Part shown: piece after piece, positions 1-14,353 of the stretch
How positions within the stretch are numbered: the stretch's first letter is position 1
Layout: each line of letters opens with the position of its first letter
Assembly: GCA_036172245.1 (NCBI GenBank)
Contig: JAYWIR010000015.1
Location: forward strand, 1,302,001 to 1,366,000
DNA length: 64,000 nt
Source: Raillietiella orientalis
Taxonomy: Eukaryota
Reading direction: 5' to 3'
The notes under the pieces: model-generated
The model's input: only the letters and a program-made list of their open reading frames with translations
Database searches by the model: none
Told to the model about the DNA's origin: nothing
Made by a program: the position numbers and the translations under genes

Positions 1-486
1 GACGACAATCGCGCCTTCGCCGCCGTCCTGGAGGGCGTCATCTTCCGGAGCTCCGTCCGCCCAGGGGCTGAACCGCGTCGGATGCGTGGGGACCTCTGCG
101 GGTCCTCTCTCGGCGAGTTCGAGCGGGGGTCGGATCGAAATCAGGAGGGGGATCGGAAGGGGAGCGAGTTTGGAAGCGGGGAAGAGGAAGGGAGGCGCCC
201 GGATGCTGCTGCGTCGCGCGGGCGTTCGCAGCAGCAGCGATGTCTCCAAGGGCGAAAGCGACCGGGAGGAGAGAGAGAGGGGGGGGGGGGAGGGGGAGGA
301 AGGAGTTGAAAGCGAAGTGCGGTGCGATCGTGCCCGAGGCAAGGCGAGGACCAGGAGTCACGGAAGGCTCTAGGAGCGGCGGATGCAATTAGGTCGGGAG
401 AGTCGGTCGCTTTCGGTCCAGAGTCGAGCAGCAGCATCCGGCGCGAGGTAACCGTCCTTCAACAACAGTGTGTCTCCGTGAGGTCG

Positions 487-720
487 GATGATGACGACGA
501 CGGCGACGACGATGAGGAGGTGGAGAAACAAGATGATGATGAAGAAGAAGAAGGTGATCATAATGATGACGAGAAGGAGGAGGAGTAGGAAGAAGAAGAT
601 GATGGTGATGAAAATGATGATGATTAAGAAGAAGGAAAAATAGATGATGAAGGTGATGAGGAAGAAGAATAAGAATAAGATAATGATGATGGTGATTAGA
701 AGGAGGAGGAGGAGGAGGAG
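487..720 (+). pseudogene. Acidic (D/E) codon tract with five in-frame TAA/TAG; remnant of a coding region or a degenerate trinucleotide repeat
   Basis: One frame reads almost entirely GAY/GAR codons (DDDDDGDDDEEVEKQDDDEEEEGDHNDDEKEEE*EEEDDGDENDDD*EEGKIDDEGDEEEE*E*DNDDGD*KEEEEEE). Stops: TAG 586, TAA 625, 670, 676, TAG 697. Confidence 0.45.
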
Positions 721-3700
721 GTCTCGGACTCGCTGCAGCTCCATGTCTTCGGGGCAGAGTCGGAGCGCGAGGCTGGACGCCTCTCTGGCGATAGACGGGG
801 AGCGGCGTCGGGAAAGGGGAGGTCTCCTCCTTGGCGCAACACGTTTAAGGGGCACAGAAAGCAGCGGAAGGGAGGGGAGGAGAGAGGGTGGCGCTTTTTT
901 CCTCCCTCCGCTGGCAGCTGCTTCTCTTTCGGAACCGTTTCTTGCGCGGCGTCGCCTTTCTGATTTGCCCCACACATCCCTTCCCCCCGCAAGCTCCCGT
1001 GTCTCTCAAACCCTCCTTCCTATCTCAGCCACTCTCGGAGCGCTCACCTTGTGGCAAGCGGGCATTTCGCTCCAGGATAGGTTCCGCGAATGGTTGGTGG
1101 GCGGCAGGAGGCGCTCGCAGAGGGACGAGAGGGCAGTAGTGGAGGGAGGAGCCGCCCATCCGTTTCTTCCCATCGAGGCGGGTTCGCATGGTCGGTCAGC
1201 CTCCCACAGGACGCCCTTGCCAAGTGGGTCCCCGAAGGCATCCAGGCGTCCACGGGAGAGGAGGTGATGCGCGCCTTTCTGGAGAGCGGGACGGCCAGCC
1301 GCTCCCGTCCAGTCCTTCGGACCATGCACTCTGCCGTGCGCTTGCGCGCTCGTGCTCCTCTTCCCGCTCGCCCGCCCTCCTTTTCCCCCTCTTCCTCCTT
1401 CCTTTCTCCTCCTCGGCTTCTTCCGGAAACTCGCCGGGGCTATGCGGTAGCGCCCTCCTCCGCATCCCAATGACCGTCGCTTCCTGAAGACGCGCCTCCT
1501 TCCGAGGCGCCGATAGCCGATCGATATTTTCCCCGACGGCTCCCCCCGACGGTTTCCGCGTCCTCCGGAGCCCGCGTGCGCTGCTGCTGGCTCCGAGGCG
1601 CCCGCGCCTCCTGATTGGGCAGCGCTCCCTCTCCGGCGATAGCGAACTGCCGCGCTCGCTCTTTGGCGCTCCTCGAGCCGGGACCCCAACGTCGCCGTCC
1701 TCCTCCTCCCCCTCGGTTGGGCGCGAACTCCGCGCTCTCGAGACCCCGGAGCGCCGTTCTAGAGAATCCTGCCTGTCCTGCGCGGGCCGGTCTCGAGGCG
1801 CGGTGCGAGAGGAGGCGGCTACAGTGATGCCTCAAGGAGGCCGGGTGCGGAAGCGCGCGGCAAGGCCGCCACCGAGTCGGCTCGAAGCGACCCTTTCTCG
1901 GGAAGGTCCAACGCTTGACCACGAGATGGGTGAGGGGAGAGATGATAAATCAGGGAAGTGGGGAGCAGGGGAGATGAAATCGATCGCCCCTTATCTCGTT
2001 CTCCGATCTTCCGCTGCAGCACAGGCGGGATCGCACCACCCCGAGAGGGAGCCGGGAACATGTCATGGGAGGAAGCGTAAAGAGTCAGCGGGAGTTCCAA
2101 CAGCGCCCAGGGAGCGAGCGCGCTCGTCCCCTGATCCCCCACCCTGGAGGCCCCTTCCGGGTTTTCAGTCCTCCACCGCCATCTTGCCGATCGGCTAGCT
2201 CCGAATCTGCGCCGTTTTTTCCCGTTCTGCTTTGCAAGACGACAGCGGCCATGAAAATGGCAGTGGTGACCACCGCCACGAGGAGGAGGGGAGGGAGGGA
2301 GGAAGAGAGGAAGAGGAAGAGGGACACTCTCGGAGGACGCGAAAGCCTTCAAATTCGGGAGTCGCATGCAGGAAGTTCAGCGGGCAATCCACACCATCCA
2401 TCCCCCATGCAGCTGGGGAGGTCCCACTCGCCGCGCCCTGGCGTGGCTCCAGAAGGGAAGCACCGGGACGGCAAAAGCTTCTATTGAAGAATACTCAGAA
2501 AGGACTCCGGGGAGAAGGGAGGGGCACCCCTTCCCTCCCCTCAGGCTGCTGCTTCCCCTCCGGAGGCTCCAGGCCGCCGTCCCTTCGGTAGGCTAGGCTT
2601 CGATAGGCCGTGCTCCCCCCTGAGGGAAGGAGGATAGGGTGGGGTGGAGAAAAGGAACTCGCAGGAGGAACTCTAAAGCAGGGACTGGTCACGGCGAACC
2701 GACCCTTCTGACCCCGTTTCCCTTGGGACGCTCTCCTTCCCCCCACGCTTCTCGCGTGGCCGGTTTGGACTTGTCAGACCCGGGTTGCCACGGACTTTCC
2801 GCCCTTGGCAACGGTCGGCGTCGGATGCTCCTCGTTCTTCCAGGAGCAAACCCATGTCTCGGCTTCTCGCCCTGATCTCGTGCTATCCGGGTGGTGGTGG
2901 TTCCTGGGAATGCCCCCTTCCTAGTTCGCCTTTCTTGCCCCCTCCCCCCCGCACCGCCGGACTGGAGGCGCCCCGCAGGCGGGAACTCTAAGAGCATCTT
3001 CCGCTGGAGTCCCGTCCTCCCTGGGGCCGAACGGGACGTGCCCTGGAGGGAAGGATTGAGGTCCCGGTTCGCTCCCTCGATTTGCGAGGAGGGAGGGTCT
3101 CTCCTGAGGTTCCTCTTGCCGCTCCGGCGGTTCTTGAGTGCAGGAGGCCTCGCCCCCGCCCTGTCGGTCGCCCCGGAGCATCAACGGTAGGGCGGGGGTC
3201 GCGGGGCTCCAATACCCGCTGATCTTTTGACCCGGCACCCCGCGGAGCAGGAGGCGTCGACCCAGGTGACCTCTTTCCACCGCCCGCATCTGTCAAGAGG
3301 GAGGCCATTTTTCCCTGGCGGAGAGGGAAAGCTGACGGCGGAGAGGTAACCGTGACAACGGCAGGCAGCTCCCGAAATCAGTGCAGGAGCAGGTCGATTT
3401 ATCAGGGAGACACTTTTCGGTGGGATCCTCCGAGATTAAGGGCTCCGGGCGCGCGCGCGACTCCCGGCCCTCCGGGCCGCCCAGCATCCATCTCTTTCCC
3501 TCGAGCGCGCGTCACGGGAGAAAAATCCAGAAAAATGGGTGGCGCAGAGATGCATTGCCGGTGCTCGGGCGGTGCGGTGTGGATGAAGACAAATCGCTCG
3601 GGCGCGAGCAAGCCTGCAGGAGAGAGGGCGGAGGGAGGGTACCTCGGGGCGACTGGGATTGTCCCCCTTCCCCTCTGTGGTCGGACGAGCGGCCCGGAGG

Positions 3701-4689
3701 AGTCCTCTAGGCGACATCGGAGCGATTTCGACAGCCTCCTCCTCTTTCGAGGGAGAAGGGAGGCTGCCTCCGTCGCCGATGCCGGACCGCCGCGCGGCAC
3801 CCGGGCAGGCGGAGAAGGGAACATGCCACCCGAAGGCAGAAGGAGGAGGTGTGAGGATTTTCCTCTGGGCAGGATCCATTCCGGGAAGGGGAGGGCTGCC
3901 TCGCTCCATTGAAGCGAGGCAGCCCGTCCTTAGGAGAAGGCGGCGAAGCTCGGGGTGTGGCTGCGAGGAGGCTGCGCTCCTTTCTCCAAGGGAGGTCAGG
4001 CGCTTCGCTTTCCACCCGAAAGCGACTGAATGACTCCCTCTCCCCGCCGCCTGTGGCTGGGGAGGCCCCCGCGCACCGCGAAGAGGAATCGACCGGCTCT
4101 TTCAGCAAGAGGAAGGGCTGGGGTGCGGCCCCCTCTCCATTTCCTCCTTCGGAAGAGGGTGCTGCACCGCTGCGAACTCTCGCAGGGACAAGAGCCACTC
4201 TGGGGGCAAGGGCGCTCTTCGACGGCGCGAGGGTACCGGCCCACGAGCGGAGGTTTGGGGCGTTTCTGCCGGATGCTGCTTGGACGGCTCTCCTCGTTCC
4301 CTCGGGAGGAGGCGGGAAGACAATCTCGCTTGACGGCCCGAGGACGCCCATCCCGCTCCGGCAGGAGGGTGCCAGGCCAAAGCAGCGGCGGCCTCGCGAC
4401 TTCGCTACTCCTCCCCCCCGCCCTTCTTTCCCCTGCTCGGAGGGGGCTTCCTCTCGATGCTGTGGAGCGCCCGGAGGGATCTTCCTCTGGTTTTCGGAGG
4501 GCGGAGGATACAGCCGAAGCGGTGCAGCCGCTGGCTGCCTCTTCGCTCGACGTCAGCCACCGGAAAGGTTAGGAGAAGAGGGCATCCCAACATCCGAGGC
4601 GCACAAATCGGGATCGGAAGCCAAGCGCATGCTCGTTTGACAGATGTGGGCGCAAGCGAAGTGCGTGGTGGTGGCGATGACAATGGCAG

Positions 4690-5230
4690 GAGAAGGTGGA
4701 AATGGTGAGGAGGATGAGGATGAAGAGGAAGAGGAAGGGATGAAAACGACAACGATGATAAGGAGGAAGAGAGGAAGAGGAGGAGTAGGTGGAGCAGGAA
4801 GGGGGAAGGAGGAGGAAATGATAATGATGATGAGGGGCAGCCTTTTGCGAGCGAGACCGCGCTCATCCAGGTGTTGAGCCCAGCGTTGCTGGTGGGCTGC
4901 ACCTTGCTGCTCGCCGAGGACCCCAGCCACCGGGTCGTCGCTGCTCTCTTGAGAGAGATTGGCGCGGGTAACGATCACCGTCGTCTTTCTGGTCTTCTGG
5001 AACGTCGAGGGGCTCGAACCAGCCTCTGCCCTAACAGGAACGACTCGCGCAGGGTCGAAGTCAGCAGGCGGGCCGTCATTTCTGGCGCACCGGAACGAGC
5101 GCCTCTGAGCCCTATTGTGACTTCCTCCCTGAACTCGCTCCAGTGCAAACCTCCCTCCCCCCTCCCATGCGGCCCCCAAGCGTTGGCGGCGTTCCTCGAG
5201 TCAACTTCCGGAGACGACGACGCCCGTTGC
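4690..5230 (+). pseudogene. Frameshifted coding-like fragment: acidic linker followed by a globular-looking peptide of unknown family
   Basis: The D/E codon phase slips at GAA-GG|GAT (about 4737) and GAA-GA|GAG (about 4769), then runs into NDNDDEGQPFASETALIQVLSPALLVGCTLLLAEDPSHRVVAALLREIGAG. No homologue recognised. Confidence 0.35.
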
Positions 5231-7010
5231 ACCGAAGGGAGGAGACGTCCGCAACAGAAGCCCTGGGCTGGCCCTCGCGTCTCGACCGCGTCCTCGGCTG
5301 GTTGCCTGCTCTCTCGCCCCGCCTCCTCGATCGCCAGCGCGCGGCTGCACCGGTGGAGGAGCTGGGCACGCGTGGATGTCCGCCCGGCCGGGTGCTCCAT
5401 GAGTCTTTGAAAAAAAGGGAAAGCGGCCTCGAGGTCGCAGGAGAGGCGGGGGAGGGGGGGGGGCGATAGAAGCCAGAATAAAGGCGCCTTACCCCTGTGA
5501 CTGCAGGTCAGTGGTCGTGGTGCAGCGCTTGCTTTCAACGGCGACCCAGGGAGAGAAAGAAAAGGAGGAATGGGAAGAGATCCATGGTCATGATGGTTGT
5601 GGGAGTCGAGCAGGGGTAGCAGGGGTGAGAATTCTAGGAGTAGACTGTGGTGTCGCTAGAAGCAGAAGAGACAAGAGAAGTGGGACAGCAAAGGGCTTCG
5701 TTCTGTCCCGCTTCGTTCTGGATGGAGTCCTTCTTTCCTCTTCTTCTTCCTCTTCCTCCTCCTGTTCTTTTCCATCGCTCCTCGCCGTGCCGGTCGCCAT
5801 CGCGTCATCTTGCTGCGCCACTTCGTCTCTCGGGGTGCTCGCGCGCCCACAGATGGCCCTCGTCCGCGGCAGGGGGTGCTCAGTGGCCGGTCCCCCACAG
5901 GTTGAGTCCTCTCTTGCCTGCCAACCGTGGAATCTGCCCTCTTTTCCTCCCCGAAGCCACAGACGGCAGCAGGTGCAGAGAGTGATATCAGCTCGTAGCG
6001 ACTGAGCTGTCTGGCGCTCGTAGCCGCAAGGCTGCGTGGTGCTCCAGGGATGGGGATGACGGAAGGAAAGACGTGAGTTCTCGGAAAGCAGGAAACTCAC
6101 GGATAGAGGCGAGCGGCACCTGGAACCTGGTAAGGGCGCTGATGGGGAAGGAAGGGGAGAGCCATCCCCTCTCCCCTCTCTTTCGAGCGAGATCCTCTCG
6201 GCCGTGCACTCTGCAGTGCCGCACTCGGAGTCCCCTGCGAGAGCACCGCGATGCATCCCAGATGTCCGCTCGTTCGGCACCTCCACGACCTCATGCAGCC
6301 GCCACGCGACGCTTCAGTGCTGGCTTTCACTCGTGAGCCATCCTTACCCGATGGGGGGGGGGGGGGGAGGAAGTGATGGTTGCCCCGTTCCCGCTTCTCA
6401 TGATCGAAGGTTCTCCCCCTGTAGGCTGAAACTGTGCCTAGGAAGAAACGGAGGCGACCAAATGAGGAGCGGAACGGAAATGGAGGAACCCAGTCTGATG
6501 GGCAGAGGAGGAACGGAAGGGAAGGAAGATGAGGCTGAGGATGAGGAAAAGGGGGAGGGGAAGAGAGGAAGAAAAAGAAGCAGAAAGAGGGAAGAAGGGA
6601 GGGAGAAGAAAGGGGGAAGGAGGAAGAAGGGGGAAAAGGAAGAGAAAGAGGAGGAGGAGGAAGGGGAAGATCCTGACTTGCGTTCCTTGCCTCTCGGGTC
6701 TTCCTTCCAGGAGACGGATAGGGGCGGGAGGAGGGCATGTCCGTCTTAGGGTTCCGGGAGGGCCGTGGCAAAAACTGGGAGGTTTCCCGTCAGCTTTCAA
6801 CGAGGTGCACTCCGTCCGGCGAAGGGTGCGAGGGGATCGGTTCGGGACACGCTCCCATTCGTCTTCCCGTCCCTCATCATCACGGGAAGAGCGGCCAAAG
6901 CACCTTCCTGAGTGATTCCCGGAAGGTGTTGGTGAGGGTGTTTTTTTATCTCTCCCTGGATCCTACCGCATGCGCGAGGTCGCATCTGCGTCCCCCCTTC
7001 CGGTGCGTCC

Positions 7011-7020
7011 CTATATTTAG
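7011..7020. promoter_or_regulatory. MEF2-consensus site CTA(A/T)4TAG
   Basis: CTATATTTAG. Motif match only; function not shown. Confidence 0.3.
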
Positions 7021-10000
7021 AGCTGGATTGGTCTCAGGGAAGGCTGCAGGTCCCGAAAGCAAGACCCCGCAATTTGCCTCGGTGCCCTCTGGCAGAAGCG
7101 GCACCGGAAAGAAAACGAAGGGGGAAAAAAGGGGTGAAGAGGGGTAGGCGCAAAGCGCTCCGCTTCCCCCAATTTTCTCAGGAAGGGGAGGGCGCTTGCT
7201 CCGGGGAAGTTCTCCGCGCTTCCATCCGCCTGCTTCCGAGGTTCTTCGTGCGAGGGGGAGCGGCGTCGACCCTCCTTAGTGGTCTCGGGGCAGGGGAAGA
7301 GGGGAAAGAAGGATGCTTTCATCCTCTATTCGGGAAGAACGAATGCCGCAATTTCTCCCCCTCTTCCCTCTCCCGAAGAGGACATGTCTCCTCTCCAAGA
7401 AGGACCCCACCTTGAACAGCAGCCCCTCTTCCTCCCTTCCTTCTCCCTCTTTTTCCTGTGTGGACGTTGGGAAGGACAGGAAGGGTGATGAGGTCCCCGT
7501 GAGGCATCCGGACGGCCTCCTTCCGGGAAACCGGGACGCGCGCGCGCGTCCTCACTGGAAAAATAGAATGTGGTCGAGCCGGAGCACCAGGGCAGCTTGG
7601 AGCCTCTCCAGAAGGAGAGAAGGAAGGGCAAAGAGGGAAGGGAAAGGAAGGGCGGGAGGGAGGGGTCACGGCTCCCTCTGCCCCTTGCACTCTCGGATCC
7701 CCTTCCCTTCTCGGCCCTTTCCCGGTTCCTCCCATCGCAGAAATCCCCCCGCATGGAGAAAGGGCAACGTCGACACTTCCTGGAGAATTAGCACCCATCG
7801 GGACGGATACGCAACCCCAGGGGAAGGGCCCCCGGACTTTCGTGAGGTCTCTCCCTTGAGGGGCCCAGGAGAGATTCCAGGATCCAGAGCGACGCAAGTT
7901 CGAGGGCTGGTTCGGGGATGCAGCGGCGACACACTAGGGATGGAAATAGGCGGGCGAGAAGGGAGCGAGGACTGGGACTGGGAAGATGCTCGACTGGGAC
8001 CGAAGGGCCCCTGTCCCCGTGTCCGGCTGGCAGCGAAGGAAGACGAAGGGAAAAAAAGGCTTCTGGAAGGCCACAGAGCTGGAAGAGAGGGGAGGGAGGC
8101 TCCCCCCGCTGGGACGGTCTCCCTCCCTGCCGTTCCTCGAAAGGGAGGGTCGGGTCCACTGCCACCTCCTCGCTTCGAACTGCCTCCCTCCGGTCGTGAG
8201 CGCCTCTGGAGGAAGAGCGACGAACTGCAGACGCGCACCGCCGGCAGACGGGCGAGCGCGCGCGGTCCTCATCCTCCGCGGATGTCCGTCTCCCTCCCTC
8301 ACCTCCCCTTTCTCTCCAGTGTGCTCTTTCTCTGCCATCCCGAACGCCTCCCCCTCTCCTCTCCTCGTCGGAGATGACGTCACGCGTGCGCGTGCGCTCC
8401 TGTCCGCGATCGCGCACGTTCGAGAGGGTTCCAGTCGGAAACGGTGTCTTTATCCGCCTCGTCACGGTGATTTCATAGGGTAGGGGGACAGGGACGAAGG
8501 GGTTCTGGGACCGCGTCCTGCTTCACCTGCTCCGGCGCACCTTCCTCGAAGCGAGGCTGCTGCTGCTCCTATGGTTGCTGCCGCCACCGCTGCTTCTGCT
8601 GTTGGTTCCCCTTCCTTCTCTTCTTCCCTCCTTGTTCTGCCTCCACCCGGTCCTTGAAAGGACACTGCCTGCATCGGGAGGTGCCTCGGCAACCCGCCTC
8701 ATCGTTTCGCTGACCAAACCACCGGGCTGGGCAAAGGGCTATGCGGTCCGCGTTGTGAGGCGACACGTTCCGGAACGCTGAGGTCGACAGCGGGGACGTC
8801 CAGCACGCCCACGATAAGCCTGACTCTTTCGGATGTGCGCGAATCTATCCGAGACATCCATCCCGGCCTCCTCAGAAGCGATGCTCAGCCTCCGGGAGGC
8901 CTTCAGCGGACGTGTCCTCCCAGAGACGTCTCGGGAGGAGAGAGCGCGACCCCACAGATCATCCAGAGGTCACCTAGAGCTTAGGCGCTGAGTGGACCCT
9001 TCACCTTCCAGGACAAGGTGCCTTGCGGAGGTGGGCTCCAGCGCCATCGGAGAGCGGAACGGAAGGGGAGGGGCGCAGCCTGATGGGTGGAGGAGGAAGA
9101 GGAGGCTGACGACGAGGAATAGGAGGGGAAGGGAAGAAGAAGGGGAAGAAGAAAGAGGGAAGAAGGAGGAGAAGGAGGAGGGAGGGAAGAGGATGAGGCG
9201 GAAGGGAATAGGAGGAGGAAGGGGGGAAGAGGCAGCGCGCTTCTATCACGCGCGCATGGACCGCGAGCTGCTGCCTCCATTCCCAGCCTACGCGACTGCC
9301 CGTTGCGCAGGCTGCAGAAGAGCAGACCGCCCCAGAGGGAGTGGGGCGATGGAAGAGATGAGGAGCATCTGTCACTCGAGACACGCCGCTCCGTGTTCTT
9401 CTAGGAGCAAGAACTGCGCAGAAGCGCGGGGTGGCGGTGGCCACCGGTGAGGAGATCGAGTGGAGAACGGCAGAGAGAGCTGATAGACTAGGAAGCTGGT
9501 AGACTAGGACCTGCAGGTTTCTGGGAAGGTTATCCCCCAGACGCTTCCAGCATCCGCTGCCCGTGGCAACGAGTCGTCTTCTCGCGAAGGATGCCTTCGG
9601 CAAGGGAAGGGATGGTCCGGGGGAGCTCCTTGCTCTATTCTTCCTTCCCCTCCCTCCTTCCGACTTGCACTTCCAGGAGCACCGCCGTCGGCTTCGTCAT
9701 GAAGGAAGCCGTCCGTGACGATGGCGCCTAGGAATTGAAAACTTGTTTCCATGGATCCCAGGGACTTTCAGTGCTTTCCTTGCCGCTCTCCCCCCTCTTC
9801 CCTTCCTTCATCCTCTTTGGGAGGAGCGCGTCACCCGTGATTAGAAATCGAAAGATTCCTCAGCGGGACTCGCAGATAATCCCGTCCGACACCACTCCGG
9901 GAACGGTTCCAGCAGCTACAAGCGACAAGGGGCGCTCCCCTCCCCCCGCATCCTCGTTTTCTGCCTCCCTCCCTCCTTTCGCGATGTAGCGCCATGGCAA

Positions 10001-12490
10001 CGCGTGCCAGCCAACTCCGGCCTCGCGGAGCGGAGGAGGGAGCTCCGCGCGCCCAAGAGATGACGCCGCGCTCCGCTGGAACTCCCGGGAGCACTCGAGC
10101 GGCGCGCCCGTTCCTTGCGGCGGTGACGGAAGCCCATCTATCCCGCGCGCGGGGTGCCGCTCCCGCGGGGCGCGGCTCATCGGGAGGCACATGGGACCGA
10201 GAGCCGAGAGGGAAAGGGCGAGAAGGGAGAGGAGGGGGCGAGCGCCGAAATGAGAGAAGCAGGCGGGCGGGCGGGAATTCTCCGCCCAACGCCGAGGACA
10301 CGCAGCGAATCCCGGAGGACCAGGACGGAGGGGGGCGGAGGGAGGGGGAATCGAACGTCCCTTTCGGGACAGCTTCCGCAGAGTTAGGGGTGGGGTAGGG
10401 GAGGGAGGGGGGCATTCCAGAGGAGGAAGCAGGGAGATTTTGGGAATGGAAAGGTCTGCACAACAGGAGGCGCGTCGTGGGTCCCGGCGCGGGTGCACCC
10501 CAGATGGGAGGCAGCGCGAGTTGCGAGAGACTACCCGTGCTACCAGAATGCAGTCGTCTGGGAAACGACCCGCTCAGCGTCAGCTGCGGAGAGGACCGGC
10601 CTCCCCTACCGACGACGCCTCGCCCCTGCCTCAGAATGCGGAGAGTCCCAGCTCCTCCTCCGTTCTCCTCCCGACTCCTCCAGGTCGCGAGTCGCATCTG
10701 CGGAGCCACCTCGTCCTTCCCTTCGAGATGGGACCGTCTCTTCCCTCTCTCTTCCTTCCGACCCGTCGCCAGCGAGCTCCATACTGCCTCTGGGACCCAG
10801 GATGCCCGGCTGGAGCCACCGAAACCGTCCCGGGGTGCCTGCCTGCAGGGGAGGAAGTCCTCCGGAAAGCGGTGACATCCCGGCGGCTAGAACTCCCGAT
10901 CGATCACGTGCGGAGGGATGCGCGCCTCTCCCCCCTTCACCTCCTCCCTCTAGAGGGAGAGAGATGGGGGAGGCGCATATCCGGTGCTAACCGGCGGAGG
11001 ATGGGGCTGGGGGGCGGATGGGGGGGGGGGAAGGAGACGAGAAAAAGGAGGAGGGAACGAAGAGGTTTCGCTTTCCCGTATCATCCTCGGTTTGCCGCGA
11101 GCCGCTGCTGCCCGCCAGGAAGTCGGAAAATGGCGCTGACCCCGAAGGCTGCCTGAGGCTTATTCTGAGGCAGGGGCCTCGATGTGTCTCCAAGTTGTGA
11201 GTCCAGTCGGTCATCACAGGCGCAGTCGGTCCAGGGACTCACTCTGACCCCGGTTGCCTGCAGAGAGCCGGTTCAAATTGGATCCCATCTTTCCCAGAAA
11301 CGTGCCTCAAGGGTGCACCGCCCCCTGCGCCTTCTTCCTCTGGGAAAACGGTAGACGTGAGGGGGCTGCTAGGGACACGTAGCCTAAGCTTCCCCCTCCA
11401 CTCTAGTCCCGGTCCGGGAGCCGGCGGGGTGGACCACCACCTCCCGCCGCAGCGTCTTTGAAGGGCGGCGGTTGGTGCTCGCGCGGCGGCGCAAGGACGG
11501 GGATGGCCACTTCGTCGCTTGGGGCGGGAGAAGAGGATCTCAGGAGCGAGTTCCGTCCTCCTCCCCCGCGTAGCTGGGATGTCCAGGAAGGAAGGGAGGA
11601 CAGGGGGAGACCACTGGTTGCCGCAGCTGCGGCACTTAGAACTCCCCTTCAGCCGAGCGTCCCACGGTCGAAGGAAGTTGGCTCACGGACGCTGCAGGGG
11701 CGCGCGCGCGCCTTGGGTGTCCGAGCCCTGAGGGGCATTGGCAGTTCGGGCTGCGCGCGCGGATTCTCACGCACAGACGAGGGTGCTGCCTGCTCGCGGA
11801 GGCCTCGCAGGGTCGCCGCCGCCGCCCCGTGGGGACCGCAGGGCGGATGGACCCGTTGCCGCGGTTCCACGGGGTCACCGCGAGAGGGCGCGCTCTCCCT
11901 CCTTCCTAGATGGGGGGGTAGGTTGCGTGTGCGCGCGCGGTCGCATCCGCTTCCCCACTGCTTGAGTGTTCCCCCTCTTCTCCGGTCCGGATGCCCCCCG
12001 ATCACCTCCGGCGACGGGGGAGCGAGATGGTGGTGGCCCCGTCCTACTCCTCTCCCGGCGCTTCCCGGAGCTTAGCGCGGGGGTCCGCGCGCGCATTGTG
12101 AGCGCCATGAATGGACGGAGAGCGTTCGAGGGGATTTTCAATAGAGAAAGGAAAGTTCCTTTCCCCATGGAAACCCCATCGCAACTGTCATCCGAAAGCT
12201 GATATGGATTGGCGTCCCGTCTTTTAAAGTGCCTGCCGTAATGAAACGCTTTATCGATCGGGACCCAGGAATGCATTTTCTGAATAACCAGATTTTCGGT
12301 GGAATTAAAAAAAAAAAAAAAGAAAAAACGGAAAAAAGGGAAGACTCCGGGAAAGTTTTCGATCTCATTAGGAATCGAATCCATCAAACGCAGGCACGGG
12401 AGGAGAGATGTCAATAGGGAGCGGCAGGGACGACCGTGGAGACGCCAATAAAGGACAGTTGCAGAACCCGGAACGGGGAAAAAAGGAGGG

Positions 12491-12498
<8 letters not shown>

Positions 12499-12522
<24 letters not shown>
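12499..12522 (+). repeat. (AG)n microsatellite next to poly-A runs
   Basis: Uninterrupted AG dinucleotide run. Confidence 0.9.
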
Positions 12523-12530
<8 letters not shown>

Positions 12531-14353
12531 GGAGATGCAAACAATGGGGGAGTAGCTGAAGGTCGACTTCGGGGACCGGCGAGAACGCGCGCGAGCGCGG
12601 CGAGCGCCCAGAAGCGGAGGACGCGCAACTCCAAGAACAAAAGGCGACGGCGACCCTCGCCGCCTCCAGCCGGAGCGACGCAGCCGCTGCTCGCGCGCGC
12701 AGGGATGGGCAGCACTGATTCTACGGGGGGAGGGGGGATGCCTGACTGGGCGCGCGCGTGCTCGCGGGAGGGAATGAGGGCGCGTAGCGCTGCGGCTGCA
12801 GAAGCAGCGCCGAGGCAGAGAGGGCGCATCAGTCGCCGGTGAGCACCCCACCGCACGCGCCAGAGTGCCAGCGGAGTGTTTTGGGTGCGGCAGCGCAGAA
12901 GGGCGTCCTTCCCTGCCCCTATGCGCTCCATGTGTGGGGTGGATGCGCGTCTCACCACAACCTTCGGATGGTCCTTTCCTTCCTCCCCCCCATCGGTGCC
13001 CCTCTTCCAACCTATTCCCGACACCTGCTCCCGCTCTTAGAAGCGCGCAGGACCTTCCCAGCTGACCACGGGGCCGCCTTCCCGCGATTACTTCGGTTTT
13101 CTCGCACCCCCCTAATCGCGGGGGGAGGGGGGAGAGCAACCGACGCCGGAGGGTGGATGCTGCTCTGTTGCAAGGAGCGGATCTACGGAAGGGGAGGGAG
13201 GGAGAGGAAGGGAGAAGAGGAAAGGAAGAAGAGGGGAACCTGAAACCCTGCCTGCTCCCCTGCCTGAACACCTCCCTTTCCTCTTTCCGAAAGGGAGGAG
13301 GAGGTTGAGAAGTCATAGCGGCGGCGAGGAGGGAGGGTGGGAGTGGGGTGGTAGTCCCCTCCAGAGGAGGGCAAGCGCCCCGGCACGCGCGTCACCCATG
13401 GAAGCGTCGGTACGCGAGCAAGGGTGAGGAGCCCACTTTCGTTTGGCCAAGAGCAGGAAAGCGCTGGCTCCGGATCTCCGGGACGGTCCACGGTAGCATC
13501 CGGCAGCTCCTTCTCTCGAGGGTTTGCCCCCGAGGGGTTTGCGGAGTTCGCGGATTCCGAGGGATGACTTAACCTCCTCCTCTTCCGCCTCTTCCCTTGC
13601 CTGGATACCTCCTCACCCCCTTCCTCTCTCCCGTCTTTCCTCTCCCTCCCTCCCCTTTCGGAGATCCGCGCCTCGCAACGGGGAAAACGCTATCCTCCCG
13701 TCCTCCTCGATTTCCTCTCCCGAGAGGAGGAAGGCAAGAGGAAAGAAGAAAACGCGGCTCCAGGCTGCGCTCCAGAACTGTCAATTCTTCTGTCCCACCT
13801 TCGGGTTCCCAGGGGAGGAAGCAGAGCCAACAGTGTTCGTCGGCCGTGCCCTTTGGCCTCCGGCGGTGGCTGGGAGTGAGTCCGCGTCCCGCACCTCTGC
13901 TCACGAAGGCTTTTCCCCTCCCCCTCCCACGATGCCTCCCGCTATCGGAAGTCGCCGCAGCGGCAGGAAGAGCTCGGGAAGAAAGGTGGGCTTCGGCCTC
14001 CGTAAGGATTTTCAGGAAGGGTTCCGGGGAAGCCCGCACGGGTCCGGCTTTCCTCGGCGAGCGTGCCAGCAGGGGTGCCAGGGCGATCGTCCGCGTGCCG
14101 CGCGAGCGCGCATCTGTCCTGGGCCGAGGAAGCTCTCCTTTCTAGCATCCCGGGCTCCCTGCAGAGCCAACTCGGGAACCTAGGAGGATGAAGCAGAGAT
14201 GCCCGGTGATCCCGTCTGTGCGCCTGATGCTAACGGGAGCAGGAAGAAGGCATCCCGTAAGAAGAGTCGGATGAGAGCGGTAGCGGCGAAGGAAGGAAAG
14301 AACCGGAAGGAAGAGGGAACGCTGATGAGGGGAGGGAAGGGGCCGCCGAGGTG

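Noticed and set aside
370..975. Hydrophobic I/F/L-rich ORFs (also 32049..32270, 34652..35035, 61862..62068) resembling membrane proteins
   Set aside because: They are antisense readings of the D/E codon tracts.
4281..4335. ALLVPSGGGGKT as a Walker A / SF2 helicase motif I
   Set aside because: Lacks the G/A at the first position of [GA]x4GK[ST], derives from a GGA/GGC run, and no Walker B or other helicase motif follows.
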